DNA from: an uncultured Bacilli bacterium
Lineage (GTDB): Bacteria > Bacillota_I > Bacilli_A > RF39 > UBA660
Length of the DNA: 64,000 bases
Assembly (NCBI GenBank): GCA_934167465.1
Contig: CAKPKR010000006.1
Coordinates: 3,299 to 67,298, forward strand
Reading direction: 5' to 3'
This document shows positions 48,908 to 59,469 of the stretch, piece after piece; the first letter of the stretch is position 1, and each line of letters begins with the position of its first letter. The position numbers were made by a program, and so were the translations under genes. Below the pieces are notes generated by a model. That model had not been told where the DNA came from, searched no databases, and saw only the letters and a list, made by a program, of their open reading frames with translations.

Positions 48908-50422
48908 TTAATTCACCATATTGATGAATTGTTCCATTGTAATACTACTATAAATTGGATAACGAGGTATATAATATCTATTACTATTTCTAGTAGCATT
49001 CATATTTCCTCCACCAAATGCTACTTGTACTCCTAAATTTTTAAGAATTGCTGTTGAATTAGCATTATGAACATAAAATGGATAACAAAATGAATTGTAA
49101 CTTCCTACTATATCAAATGATTTTTTTAAATCATCATATAATTCATTATAACTTAAACAATTAATATTTTGACTTCCACAAGCACCAACTTTATGAATGT
49201 CATACCCATGTGATTCAATATCTAAATTCTTGGATTGATAGTTTTTAGGATCCCACCAAGCAGTTATTAAGAATAATGTAGCATTTAAATCATATTTTTC
49301 TAGTAAAGGAATTAACTTATTACCATTTATGGTACTAGTTCCCATTGCTCCATCATCTACTGTTATTAAAACACTTTTAGTTGGTATTTCTATTTTTCCA
49401 TTATACCAATCTACAAATTCTTGCATTGTTAATGTCTTGAAATTATTATCCTTCAAATATTTAAGATGTTCCTCAAATTTAGTAGTATCCAAACATATTG
49501 TTTCATTACATACTTCCCCATTTTTATCATAGAAGAAGTGGTAATTCAAAACTGGTACTGCAACCTCACTAGAGTAAATATATTTAACAATTTTTTCTTT
49601 GTTAAGCATTTTTTTTAGGATATCAATTGTTATATTGTCAACTTCGTAAGAATTTAGATTTTCTTTAGAGCTTACTTCATCATTCTTATTTATTTCAAAC
49701 TCTATTTTGTTAACAATCAAATTATATTTTTTAAATAATTCATCATCTTTATCACTAACCAATAAAATAGTATTATCGGATAATTCTATTTCATTATTTT
49801 TCCACATTTTATAAATTTCATTATTTATCATTTTATAACTACTAATAAGTTTAAGTTGTTCTTCATCATAATTAATTAAATTTAATATTACGATAGAATC
49901 TGCATATTCACCGTTTTTTACTTCTTTTTCTTCTTTTACATATTTTTGATTAATTTTAAATAATTGATTATTAAATTTAATATAATTTCCTTCTTTTTTT
50001 AGATAAATATTAAATTCTTTTTGTTCATCTATTTTAATACTATCTAGTTCAAATTTATCAGTTGTTACAATATTACTATTAAAAGGTAAATAATCAATAT
50101 TTTTAATTTCTTCATTTACTTGTTTTATATTTTCATAGTATATATAATATTCCTCATCTAATAATTTATAATAATCATTTTTATAATTAGTTTTTTCCAA
50201 ATATAGTTTAGAGTTTTCGCCTATTTCTCCTATTTCAATATATTTATCTTTAATTTTTTTATAAAGATTTATTTTTTTTGTTGTTTTTATAACTTCGCCA
50301 TAATTATTTTTCTTTGTTTTAATTATATTATCGTTTCTAACTTTATCACAGATTAAATATGTTCCAAATAAAAGAATAGCAATTAATAAAATAACTAAAA
50401 TTAGAATTATCTTTTTCTTCAT
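48908..50422 (-). CDS. membrane-anchored polysaccharide deacetylase (NodB-domain) protein
   Basis: N-terminal TM. C-terminal VLITVDDGAMG, ESHGYDIH motifs. Confidence 0.8.
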   Translation of the reverse strand: MKKKIILILVILLIAILLFGTYLICDKVRNDNIIKTKKNNYGEVIKTTKKINLYKKIKDKYIEIGEIGENSKLYLEKTNYKNDYYKLLDEEYYIYYENIKQVNEEIKNIDYLPFNSNIVTTDKFELDSIKIDEQKEFNIYLKKEGNYIKFNNQLFKINQKYVKEEKEVKNGEYADSIVILNLINYDEEQLKLISSYKMINNEIYKMWKNNEIELSDNTILLVSDKDDELFKKYNLIVNKIEFEINKNDEVSSKENLNSYEVDNITIDILKKMLNKEKIVKYIYSSEVAVPVLNYHFFYDKNGEVCNETICLDTTKFEEHLKYLKDNNFKTLTMQEFVDWYNGKIEIPTKSVLITVDDGAMGTSTINGNKLIPLLEKYDLNATLFLITAWWDPKNYQSKNLDIESHGYDIHKVGACGSQNINCLSYNELYDDLKKSFDIVGSYNSFCYPFYVHNANSTAILKNLGVQVAFGGGNMNATRNSNRYYIPRYPIYSSITMEQFINMVN

Positions 50423-50628
50423 TATATCACCACACTTATTATAAAATATTTAAAAATTAATATCAATGAAAAATGAAATTATTGTGAAAATAATTGTTAT
50501 TATTTTATTATTATGATATTATTTGTTTGTCAATTTAATTTGACAAATCTTTTTTAAGATTACTTCTTTTCTACAAAGCACTTTTTGTGCTTTACTTTTT
50601 AAAATCCTCCTTTAAAAGGAGGATTTTA

Positions 50629-50784
50629 TTATTCCATCATATCTTCTAGCGTATCTTTCGCTTTTCTCTTAGTACTTTTCATTACTTTGTTCATTTCTTT
50701 CGTAAGAGGTTTCTTATACTTTTGATATGCTAAAACAGCCCCAGCACCTAAACCCATAAGTGCTATATTTTTACCTAACTTCAT
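50629..50784 (-). CDS. 51-aa small protein with N-terminal hydrophobic helix
   Basis: MKLGKNIALMGLGAGAVLAYQKYKK.. with a GGTG RBS, followed by two tandem hairpin terminators (50601-50627, 50576-50596). Confidence 0.4.
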   Translation of the reverse strand: MKLGKNIALMGLGAGAVLAYQKYKKPLTKEMNKVMKSTKRKAKDTLEDMME

Positions 50785-50856
50785 AAAATCACCTTCTTGC
50801 TAAAAAATATGATACCGTATATAAAAAAATCTATATACATTAATATTTTATAGATT

Positions 50857-53064
50857 TTATAAAGTTTTATACATATTTTCTAATTTTTCTTTCAAATTTG
50901 TTTTTCTAACAATTTCACTATTGTTATGAATTCCTGTTAAAAAAGCATTAACATTACCTAAAATTATTAATTTATTTTTAGCTCTTGTAATTCCTGTATA
51001 TATTAATTTTTTATATAGCATTCGATAATATTCATTGCATATTGGCATTAAAACAAATTCAAATTCACTTCCTTGTGATTTATGAATACTAATTGCATAT
51101 CCGTGTTTTATATTTGAAAAATCCTTTGGTAAATATTTTACTTCATTACCATCATAATCAATATATATTTCATTTTTTTTAGAATCAGATTCAGAAGCTG
51201 GAATGATTTTTTTTATTGTTCCAATGTCTCCATTAAATACATTATTGTCTGCCATATTAACTAATTGTAATATTTTATCATTTTCTCTAAATATTGTTGT
51301 TCCACTTTTTATTTCTTTCAAATTATCACTTTTAGGATTAAATATATCTTGTAATTCTTTATTTAGATTATCAATTCCATTTATTCCTGCATACATTGGA
51401 ACCAATATTTGAAAATTTTTATAGTTATAATCTTTTTCTAATATTTGTTTAGTTAGGTTTTTAACATTCATTAGAATATTGTTACATTCTAAAAATTTAA
51501 AGTCGCTTTTTTCTTCCAAAAATTCATTTGTTACTTCATTATTTTTTATGTCTTGTGCTAATTTAGAAATGTATGATTTTTCATTTTGACGATATAATAA
51601 TTCTAATTCTATTGTTTCTATTGTTTTACTTTCTATCAAGTCTTTTAATATTTGACCGGGACCAACACTTGGCAACTGATTATAATCTCCTACTAAAACT
51701 AATTTAATATTATCAGTTAATCCTCTAAAAAGACTTGCTAAAAGATTTGTATCAATCATACTTACTTCATCAACAATTATTAACTTTTCAGTATTAGGAT
51801 TAGTTATATCTACACCAAAACTATTTGTTTCTTTATTCCATTTTAAATATCTATGAATTGTTGTTGCCGGAAAAACACATGATTCACTCATTCTTTTACT
51901 TGCTCTACCTGTTGGTGCAAGTAATGCTATTTTTTTTAATGCTTCATCGCCTGTATATTCATTTAAGGTTATAAATGTATCTACTATTGCTTTAATTATA
52001 GTTGTCTTTCCAGTTCCTGGTCCACCTGTTATTATTAGTATATTATTTTCTAATGATTTTATTATTGATTCTTTTTGTTTTTCATCATATTCTATTTTAT
52101 TAAATTCTTCTAATTTTTTTAATATTCTATCAATATTCTTATAACTATCTTTTTGTTTTTTTAATAGATATTTTATTTTATTTACTATTGTTTTTTCTTC
52201 ATTATAGGTATCTTTTAAATAATATTTTTCATCTTCTAATACTATTTTTCCTTCGAATCTTAGTTCATCTAAATATAAGTCAAAATTTTCTATTTCTTGA
52301 TTTACATATTTTATAGTATTATCTTTTATTTCATCATGATATAAATAAGTATCACCGTTTTTAAATGTTAAATTTTTAAAAATATAAATTATACAAGCTT
52401 TAATTCTTCTTGAATCTAGTAAATCATAGTTTAATTTTTTGCCAATTTCATCTACTTTAGTAAAATTAATTTCCATTATGTCATCAATTAATGTATAAAT
52501 ATTATTTTCTAATGTTAATACAGTATCGCTTTTATATTTATTATAGATTGCCAAAGAATCACGCATATTAAATCCTAGTTCTGTTAAATAAACTATTGTT
52601 TCATGGCTTTCTTCATATTTTGTTAATGTATTATAAATTACATCTATTTTTTTATTGTTTATTTTAGGTACTCTTTTTAAATTTTCTTTATCTTCCAAAA
52701 TTAAATTAAGGGTATTTTCTCCTAATGTTTTGACTATAGATTCTGCTAATTTAACGCCTACTCCTTTAAATAAATTACTACTTAAAAATTCAATTATTCC
52801 ATCTTTATCATTTGGTAATACTTTTTCGTATTCATTTACAACATATTGAATTCCATATTTAGGATGGTCTATTAATTCACCGTATAGTATATATGTATCT
52901 TTTTCATTTAATTCAGCAAAGTAACCTGTAAATGTTAATGTGTCATTTACAAAATCAGTTATGTCTTGATCATTTGTTTCTGTAATTTTCATTATTCCTA
53001 TTTTATAGCCATTAGAAGATTCAAATACACTTCTAATGTAGTTTCCTTTTATATAATTTTTCAT
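50857..53064 (-). CDS. recD2: RecD2-type ATP-dependent DNA helicase
   Basis: 735 aa. GGPGTGKTT Walker A, DEVSM, C-terminal SH3-like / UvrD_C_2 layout. Confidence 0.88.
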   Translation of the reverse strand: MKNYIKGNYIRSVFESSNGYKIGIMKITETNDQDITDFVNDTLTFTGYFAELNEKDTYILYGELIDHPKYGIQYVVNEYEKVLPNDKDGIIEFLSSNLFKGVGVKLAESIVKTLGENTLNLILEDKENLKRVPKINNKKIDVIYNTLTKYEESHETIVYLTELGFNMRDSLAIYNKYKSDTVLTLENNIYTLIDDIMEINFTKVDEIGKKLNYDLLDSRRIKACIIYIFKNLTFKNGDTYLYHDEIKDNTIKYVNQEIENFDLYLDELRFEGKIVLEDEKYYLKDTYNEEKTIVNKIKYLLKKQKDSYKNIDRILKKLEEFNKIEYDEKQKESIIKSLENNILIITGGPGTGKTTIIKAIVDTFITLNEYTGDEALKKIALLAPTGRASKRMSESCVFPATTIHRYLKWNKETNSFGVDITNPNTEKLIIVDEVSMIDTNLLASLFRGLTDNIKLVLVGDYNQLPSVGPGQILKDLIESKTIETIELELLYRQNEKSYISKLAQDIKNNEVTNEFLEEKSDFKFLECNNILMNVKNLTKQILEKDYNYKNFQILVPMYAGINGIDNLNKELQDIFNPKSDNLKEIKSGTTIFRENDKILQLVNMADNNVFNGDIGTIKKIIPASESDSKKNEIYIDYDGNEVKYLPKDFSNIKHGYAISIHKSQGSEFEFVLMPICNEYYRMLYKKLIYTGITRAKNKLIILGNVNAFLTGIHNNSEIVRKTNLKEKLENMYKTL

Positions 53065-53141
53065 TATATCACCTATTCAATTATACCATAGTTTATAAAA
53101 AATAAAATAATATTTCAAAAAAATACGAATATTTTTTCGTA

Positions 53142-53438
53142 TTATTTTTCTATCCATTCTATTAATTGTTCTTTAGGTAAAAATCCTATATTTTTTTCGA
53201 TTTCTTTTCCGTTTTTAAATTTTATTAATGTTGGAACTGACATAACACCAAATTCTTTAGCAATCTCACTACATTCATCAACATCAACTTTTACTATTTT
53301 ATAATTACCTTTTATTTCTTCTAGTACTGCTCCTAACATTCTACATGGTCCACACCATGTTGCAAAAAAATCTACTATTACTAATTCATCATTAATTAAT
53401 TCTTTAAAGTTATCATTACTGCAATGTATTAATGCCAT
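53142..53438 (-). CDS. trxA: thioredoxin
   Basis: WCGPC motif, 98 aa. Confidence 0.93.
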   Translation of the reverse strand: MALIHCSNDNFKELINDELVIVDFFATWCGPCRMLGAVLEEIKGNYKIVKVDVDECSEIAKEFGVMSVPTLIKFKNGKEIEKNIGFLPKEQLIEWIEK

Positions 53439-53440
53439 AA

Positions 53441-54151
53441 TTATCCCTCCTTATATTTTTTAATTATTTCATCTACATTTTTAATTTTTAATTTATCTTT
53501 TTTTACTAATGTTTCAACTGAATTTACATCGATTATATCATATTTTAGAAATAAATCTAATGTTTCTCTATTAAATTCATTTGGGTTTTCTTCTTTTTCA
53601 TATTTATTTTTTAAATCCGAAAATTCATCTATAACTTTTATACTTTTATCGACCATTTGAGATAATATTGGTGTATTATTTAGTATTTTATCCTTATATT
53701 TTGAATTTATACTGAAATCAAATATTGGCAAATTCAATATGTATAAAATAATAAAGACAAAGATAAAGTTTTCTAACATTCCTACTATTGCTCCTCCAAT
53801 TTTTGATGGAATACTAAGTACTACTGTCACTTTTAATAGAAATTCAAATATTTTTGTAAATTTTAATAGTAATTTTAAAATTATTGCTAAAACAGAAAGA
53901 ACCAATATAAACGCTATTAATTCATATACAAATATATTTAATACTGGTAAACCTTTTAATAAACCTCCAAAATCAAAGAAAGGTAAATTTTCGTACATAA
54001 ATCTTGAAACTGGATTTTTTAGGATAAAAGCTAATACCATCACTAATATTATTCCAATTGTACTCACTAATTGAGTTGTTAATCCCCTTTTAAATCCTAC
54101 AACTGCCCCCATTAAAATTGCTAAAATTATAATTACATCTACTATAGACAT
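53441..54151 (-). CDS. CvpA-family membrane protein
   Basis: N-terminus VDVIIILAILMGAVVGFKRGL with 4 TM helices. Confidence 0.75.
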   Translation of the reverse strand: MSIVDVIIILAILMGAVVGFKRGLTTQLVSTIGIILVMVLAFILKNPVSRFMYENLPFFDFGGLLKGLPVLNIFVYELIAFILVLSVLAIILKLLLKFTKIFEFLLKVTVVLSIPSKIGGAIVGMLENFIFVFIILYILNLPIFDFSINSKYKDKILNNTPILSQMVDKSIKVIDEFSDLKNKYEKEENPNEFNRETLDLFLKYDIIDVNSVETLVKKDKLKIKNVDEIIKKYKEG

Positions 54152-54204
54152 TTTATCATTCCCTTCTATTTAATTATATTATAATTTCAAAAAAAAATAA
54201 AGTA

Positions 54205-54723
54205 TTATAACTTTATTGTTCTATATTCTTTTTCAAATTTTAAAAGTTTAATTTCACGATTATTTTTAATATTATTATCACTATTTACTTCTTTAAGACC
54301 ATTTTTAATAAAGTCATCGAATGTTAATGATAATAGTATATCTTTGTTTAAATTATAGAATAATCCATCAACATTATATTGAATTGCTGAGAATAAATCG
54401 TTGGTCGTCCATAAATCAATTATTGTCCCATTATATTCAAATTTATAACCTCCAAAACTATTATAATTGTATTTTATATTAAATTTTTTTAATACATCAA
54501 ATATCCAGTCTTCTTGTTCTTTTCCAAGAACAACAAAATCTAAATCTTTTGGCTTTTCAGCAAGAATTAAATCTCTAATTCCACCACCTAATAAGTAAAT
54601 TTCTGAAAGTTTGGAAATAGTATAAGCAGGATAAAAATGGTTCATTATGTAATTTTTTATTCTCATTTGTAAATTTAAATCATAACTAAATTCATCTATT
54701 TGTTCATTATATTTTATATTCAT
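54205..54723 (-). CDS. stand-alone nucleotidyltransferase head domain (CCA-adding/poly(A) polymerase-like)
   Basis: LGGGIRDLILAEKPKDLDFVV (GG-x-RD ... DxD) in only 172 aa. No neck, body or tail domains. Confidence 0.55.
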   Translation of the reverse strand: MNIKYNEQIDEFSYDLNLQMRIKNYIMNHFYPAYTISKLSEIYLLGGGIRDLILAEKPKDLDFVVLGKEQEDWIFDVLKKFNIKYNYNSFGGYKFEYNGTIIDLWTTNDLFSAIQYNVDGLFYNLNKDILLSLTFDDFIKNGLKEVNSDNNIKNNREIKLLKFEKEYRTIKL

Positions 54724-54787
54724 TCAAATCAAATCCTTTAATGTATTATAGCATAAATTAAGAAAAAAATTGATATTTCTATCAATT

Positions 54788-57142
54788 TTATTTATTTCTT
54801 AACTTTGCACCTGTTTTTTCAACTTCTTCAATTATTTTATTAAATGAATTCATAACTTCTTCTTCAGATAAAGTATGTGTAGGATCACTAAATATTAATT
54901 TAAAAGCTAAAGATTTTGAATTTTCATCAATAATATATAAATCAAATAATTCACAACTATTTAATATTTTTCCTCCAGCTTTTTTAATGATTTTTTCTAA
55001 TTCTTCACAAGTAACATCATTATCAACCATAAATGCTAAATCTTTAGTAGAAGCTGGAAATTTACTTATTTCTTTATAAGTCATTCTACTGCTTCTATTA
55101 GCTAAAACCTTATCTAAATCTAATTCTAAAGCATAGACATCACCTTTAACTACATTTGGATGTAATTTACCAATAACACCTACTACTTTTCCTTGAAGTT
55201 CAATAGTTGCACTTTGTCCTGGATGAAATTCTTTTGGTAAATTAGAAACAACTAAACGATATCTATTATTATATCCAAGATAATCCATTAACTCTTCTAG
55301 TACACCTTTAATTACATAAAAATCCACTTTTGTATTTTTTATGTCTAAATAGTAATCTCCTGTCATAAGAATAGCTAATTTATTATTTTCTTTGTAGATT
55401 CCTTCTTCTTTATAGAAACCTTTTCCCATTTCAAATATACTAATATTTTCTAAATTACGATCTTTATTATATTTATAAATTTCTTTTAATGAATAAAGTA
55501 AACTATATCTTAATGTACTTCTATCTTCACTCATTGGATCAGCTAAAGTAATTGGTTCAAAATCTTCAGTAGTAAATTCAAAAACATTATTATATGGAAT
55601 TAAAGAGTAACTTAAAGTTTCATTTAATCCTAAATCAACTAATTTATTTTTAATTTTTCTTCTTGTTTTATTATAAGTTCCAGTAATAACATTTAAAACT
55701 GGTAGTTTTCCTTTAATATTGTCCATTCCATAAATTCTTCCGGCTTCTTCAATTAGATCTTCTTTAATATTAATATCTAATCTTCTAGATGGAACTGTTA
55801 CCGTTAAAATATCATTTCCTTCTACTTTAAATCCTAAAGATTCATATATATCTTTTACAGTATTAAAATCAAGTTCAATTCCTAATACTTTATTAATTTT
55901 ATCAATACTAATTTCTATTATTTTATCATTAGCATCAGTTTCGTCATATTTAACCATACCGCCTACTATAGTAGCATCAGCATATTTTTCTAATAAGTAG
56001 CAACTTCTTTCGATAGCCATATATGTTCTTTTAGGATCTAAACCTTTTTCAAATCTATTTGAAGCTTCACTTCTTAATATTTTTTTAGATGTTTTTCTTA
56101 CCTTTATACTATCAAAAATAGCTGATTCTATAATAATATTTTTTGTATCTTCTTCTACTTCGGTAGATAACCCACCCATTACACCAGCAAGGCCTACTGC
56201 ACCATTATTATTAGCAATTACAATATCATCATTTGATAAAGTCCTTTTAATATTATCTAGAGTGGTTAATTCCTCATTATCATTAGCATCTCTAACTATT
56301 AATGTATCGCCTAATCTATCAGCATCATAGTAATGTAATGGTTGACCAGTTTCAAGCATTACATAGTTTGAAATATCAACAACGTTATTTATTGGTCTAA
56401 TTCCAGAAGCAATAAGTCTATTTTTAATGAATTCTGGACTTTCTTTTATTGTAACATTAACAGCTTTTTTGGCTAAAAACAAAGGACAAGATTTAGTTTC
56501 TACTTTAACTTTAAACTCATTATTAATATCATTATCATTACTATTATAATTTAATTCAATATTTTTTACTTTCTTTTTATAAATTGCCCCTAGTTCATAA
56601 GCCATACCAATTATACTTAATAAATCGCCTCTATTAGATGTTAATTCAAAATCAATTACTTCATCATCTAATCCTAATATTTTGATTGGATTACTTCCTA
56701 CAATACTATCAAGTGGTAATTCACAAATACCATTTACATCTTTTTCAGATAAAAATTTATGTTCTAAACCTAATTCTGCTACTGAACATAACATACCATT
56801 TGATACTTGTCCACGAATCATTCCTTTTTTTATTTCACCGCCTGGTAATTTAGCGCCAGCCAAGGCAACAATTACTTTTATTCCTTTACGGCAGTTTGGA
56901 GCTCCACAAACAATATCCAATATTTCTTTACCAATATCAACTTTACAAACATGTAGATGATCACTATCAGGGTGATCAGAACATTCTATTACCTCACCAA
57001 CTACTAAATTAGTACAATTAATTAATGGACAAGCTGTATCATATTCATTTCCTACATTTGTCATAGCTTCTGCTATATCTTTTATAGATAAAGATTCGTC
57101 TAAATCAATATAATCACTTACAAATTTTCTACTTAATTTCAT
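54788..57142 (-). CDS. pheT: phenylalanine--tRNA ligase beta subunit
   Basis: 784 aa with tRNA-binding, B3/4, B5 and FDX-ACB domain order. Confidence 0.96.
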   Translation of the reverse strand: MKLSRKFVSDYIDLDESLSIKDIAEAMTNVGNEYDTACPLINCTNLVVGEVIECSDHPDSDHLHVCKVDIGKEILDIVCGAPNCRKGIKVIVALAGAKLPGGEIKKGMIRGQVSNGMLCSVAELGLEHKFLSEKDVNGICELPLDSIVGSNPIKILGLDDEVIDFELTSNRGDLLSIIGMAYELGAIYKKKVKNIELNYNSNDNDINNEFKVKVETKSCPLFLAKKAVNVTIKESPEFIKNRLIASGIRPINNVVDISNYVMLETGQPLHYYDADRLGDTLIVRDANDNEELTTLDNIKRTLSNDDIVIANNNGAVGLAGVMGGLSTEVEEDTKNIIIESAIFDSIKVRKTSKKILRSEASNRFEKGLDPKRTYMAIERSCYLLEKYADATIVGGMVKYDETDANDKIIEISIDKINKVLGIELDFNTVKDIYESLGFKVEGNDILTVTVPSRRLDINIKEDLIEEAGRIYGMDNIKGKLPVLNVITGTYNKTRRKIKNKLVDLGLNETLSYSLIPYNNVFEFTTEDFEPITLADPMSEDRSTLRYSLLYSLKEIYKYNKDRNLENISIFEMGKGFYKEEGIYKENNKLAILMTGDYYLDIKNTKVDFYVIKGVLEELMDYLGYNNRYRLVVSNLPKEFHPGQSATIELQGKVVGVIGKLHPNVVKGDVYALELDLDKVLANRSSRMTYKEISKFPASTKDLAFMVDNDVTCEELEKIIKKAGGKILNSCELFDLYIIDENSKSLAFKLIFSDPTHTLSEEEVMNSFNKIIEEVEKTGAKLRNK

Positions 57143-58179
57143 TAGTCTTCATCCTTTCTATTAAATTCTTCTAAAAATCTTAAATCATTTCCGTAGATTG
57201 TTCTAATATCTGGAATACCATATTTAAACATAGCAAATCTATCTATTCCAGTACCAAACGCAAATCCTTGATATTTTTTAGAATCATATCCACTCATTTC
57301 TAAAACATTTGGATGTACCATTCCTGCCCCTAATACTTCAATCCAACCAGTTCCTTTACATAAGTTACATCCTTTACCTCCACATTTAAAACAAGTAACA
57401 TCAACTTCAACTGATGGTTCTGTAAATGGAAAGTAACTTGGTCTAAATCTAACACTAGTTTTTTCACCTAGTATTTTTTTACAAAATAATTCTAACGTTC
57501 CTTTTAAATCAGCCATTGAGATATTTTCATCAATTACTAATCCTTCTATTTGCATAAATTGATGAGAATGAGTGGCGTCTTCATCTCTTCTATATACTTT
57601 TCCTGGACATACTATTCTAATTGGTCCTTTTTCTTTATTTTCTTCCATTGCCCTTACTTGAGCAGTTGAAGTTTGACTTCTAAGTAACCATGCATCATAT
57701 TCATCTTTTAGATAGAATGTATCTTGAGCATCTCTAGCTGGATGTCCTATTGGTAAATTTAATTTTTGAAAACAGTTTTCATCACTTTCTATTTCTGGAC
57801 CTTCATATACTGTATAGCCCATTGAAACAAATAAGTCTTCAAAATCTTCTGTTACTCTAGTCATTGGATGTTTACTACCTTTTTTTATTTTTTTACTTGG
57901 TAGAGTTATATCTATTTTTTCACTTTCTAGTTTTTTATTTAATTCTATATTATGAAGTTCTTGTTTTTTTAAAGATAGTGCATTATTTATTTCTTCTTTA
58001 AATTTATTAACTTTCATTCCATATTCTTTTTTTTCTTCAGGACTTAATGTTCCCATAATACTCATTAATTCTGTAACTGGTCCTTTTTTACTAAAATATT
58101 TAGTTTCTATTTCACTTAATTCTTTAGTATTTTTTACATTTTCTAAACATTCTAATATTTCTTTTCTTAATTTTTCCAT
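57142..58179 (-). CDS. pheS: phenylalanine--tRNA ligase alpha subunit
   Basis: HPARD, FRPSYFPFTEPS, GFAFG.G.DR class II motifs. Confidence 0.97.
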   Translation of the reverse strand: MEKLRKEILECLENVKNTKELSEIETKYFSKKGPVTELMSIMGTLSPEEKKEYGMKVNKFKEEINNALSLKKQELHNIELNKKLESEKIDITLPSKKIKKGSKHPMTRVTEDFEDLFVSMGYTVYEGPEIESDENCFQKLNLPIGHPARDAQDTFYLKDEYDAWLLRSQTSTAQVRAMEENKEKGPIRIVCPGKVYRRDEDATHSHQFMQIEGLVIDENISMADLKGTLELFCKKILGEKTSVRFRPSYFPFTEPSVEVDVTCFKCGGKGCNLCKGTGWIEVLGAGMVHPNVLEMSGYDSKKYQGFAFGTGIDRFAMFKYGIPDIRTIYGNDLRFLEEFNRKDED

Positions 58180-58190
58180 ATTAATTCCTC

Positions 58191-58904
58191 CTATATTTTT
58201 TTCTTTCTACTTAATTTATATAACATATTAAAAGTTATAAAATTATATATATATTTTGTTATTATCTCTTTTTTACTACTTTTAAATACTTGATGTCTAA
58301 CATTTTCTAGTATTACTAGTTCTTTTTTACAATTTAAGTTATCATAAACAAATTTACTTGAATCTACTGATATTACATTATCAATGTCACCGTGTAATAA
58401 TAATGTTGGGCAAGTTACTTTTTTGATATTTTTTTTGTTATTATCTGCTAATTTTTTATATTCAATCATTACTGATTTAGGAATTGCAAAAAATTTTTTT
58501 ATTGCTCCTTCAAACCCTGTTCCAACTTCTTTATCAACTTTATTAGTTAAAATATTTTTTAAATCTTCTTTATTTTGTTTAAAACTTCCAAACTTAAATG
58601 CACTAGATATGAGAACTAATTTATCTACCTCTTTATATCTAGAGGCTAAATTAACAGCTAATATAGTTCCCATGCTGTGAGCTACTATTGTTACTTTTTT
58701 ATATTTTTTTAGTATTTTTTTTAATTCCTCTTCTGATTTATCTAACCATTCTTTACCTGTTGACTTTGTTGTTGTATCGTTTTCGTGTCCTGGTAAGGTA
58801 AAAGTAAATAATTCTATATTACGATAATTTTTCATTTTATTTATAAAATATTCATTATCTTCTTGTTTTGCTGATAAACCATGAATAAACATTACTGCTT
58901 TCAA
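58191..58904 (-). CDS. alpha/beta hydrolase (carboxylesterase-like), first gene of the T-box controlled operon
   Basis: VMFIHGLS, nucleophile elbow AHSMG, HGDIDN..RHQ. Start set to TTG 58904 behind GGAG, because the longer ORF would begin inside the terminator stem. Confidence 0.75.
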   Translation of the reverse strand: MKAVMFIHGLSAKQEDNEYFINKMKNYRNIELFTFTLPGHENDTTTKSTGKEWLDKSEEELKKILKKYKKVTIVAHSMGTILAVNLASRYKEVDKLVLISSAFKFGSFKQNKEDLKNILTNKVDKEVGTGFEGAIKKFFAIPKSVMIEYKKLADNNKKNIKKVTCPTLLLHGDIDNVISVDSSKFVYDNLNCKKELVILENVRHQVFKSSKKEIITKYIYNFITFNMLYKLSRKKKI

Positions 58905-58916
58905 AAAATCATCTCC

Positions 58917-59105
58917 AAAAAAAATCACATCCTATAAGGACGTGATTTACGTGGTACCACCTTAATTTATACTCGAAACTATAACGCGTTACCGTAAATA
59001 AGGCTAGAAGGTGAATTCATAAAATCAAGATTATGTTTACTTCCACCATTCATGTAAACTCTCTAGTTAATCTAACATTTACTACTACTTCTTCATCATA
59101 GCTTT
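58917..59105 (-). promoter_or_regulatory. T-box leader, Phe specifier (UUC)
   Basis: Minus strand shows GCTATGATGAAGAAGTAGTA (GA motif), AGAGAG box, specifier context GAATTCA, T-box AATTAAGGTGGTACCACG, and terminator ATCACGTCC-TTAT-AGGATGTGAT + T8. Promoter TTGAAC-17-TATACT upstream. Confidence 0.85.
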
Positions 59106-59136
59106 TCAATATACAAATAGTATACCATAATTTTTC

Positions 59137-59436
59137 TTATTGTTCAATTTCATTTGCTATATCATCAAATGTTTTTTCATTTTTATTAAATTCTATTGGT
59201 TTTTCTTTAGATATTTCAATTATTTTTGGTACAAATAAAATTGTATATATTGTAGTTATTACTATCAATATAGACAATTCTGTTACAATTATTATTGGTT
59301 TTTTAGTTTTTTTCTTAGTAATTTCGTTATTTTTTATTTCAAGATTTATTGCTGAAATATCTAGTCCACAATTCATACACATTGTATCCTTATTAGATAA
59401 GATGTTATTACATTTTGGACATACTATTTTTTTCAT
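59137..59436 (-). CDS. zinc-ribbon membrane protein
   Basis: CPKCNN..CMNCG followed by one TM helix. Confidence 0.55.
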   Translation of the reverse strand: MKKIVCPKCNNILSNKDTMCMNCGLDISAINLEIKNNEITKKKTKKPIIIVTELSILIVITTIYTILFVPKIIEISKEKPIEFNKNEKTFDDIANEIEQ

Positions 59437-59469
59437 ATATTCACCTCAATTATATTATAACAGAGGTTT

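Noticed and set aside
53739-54074. Plus-strand 111-aa ORF inside cvpA; similar ones lie at 49329..49532, 51203..51412, 52655..52849, 56682..56960, 58384..58680, 59402..59680, 60354..60545, 62998..63216
   Set aside because: Antisense to supported genes, with no RBS and low-complexity composition.
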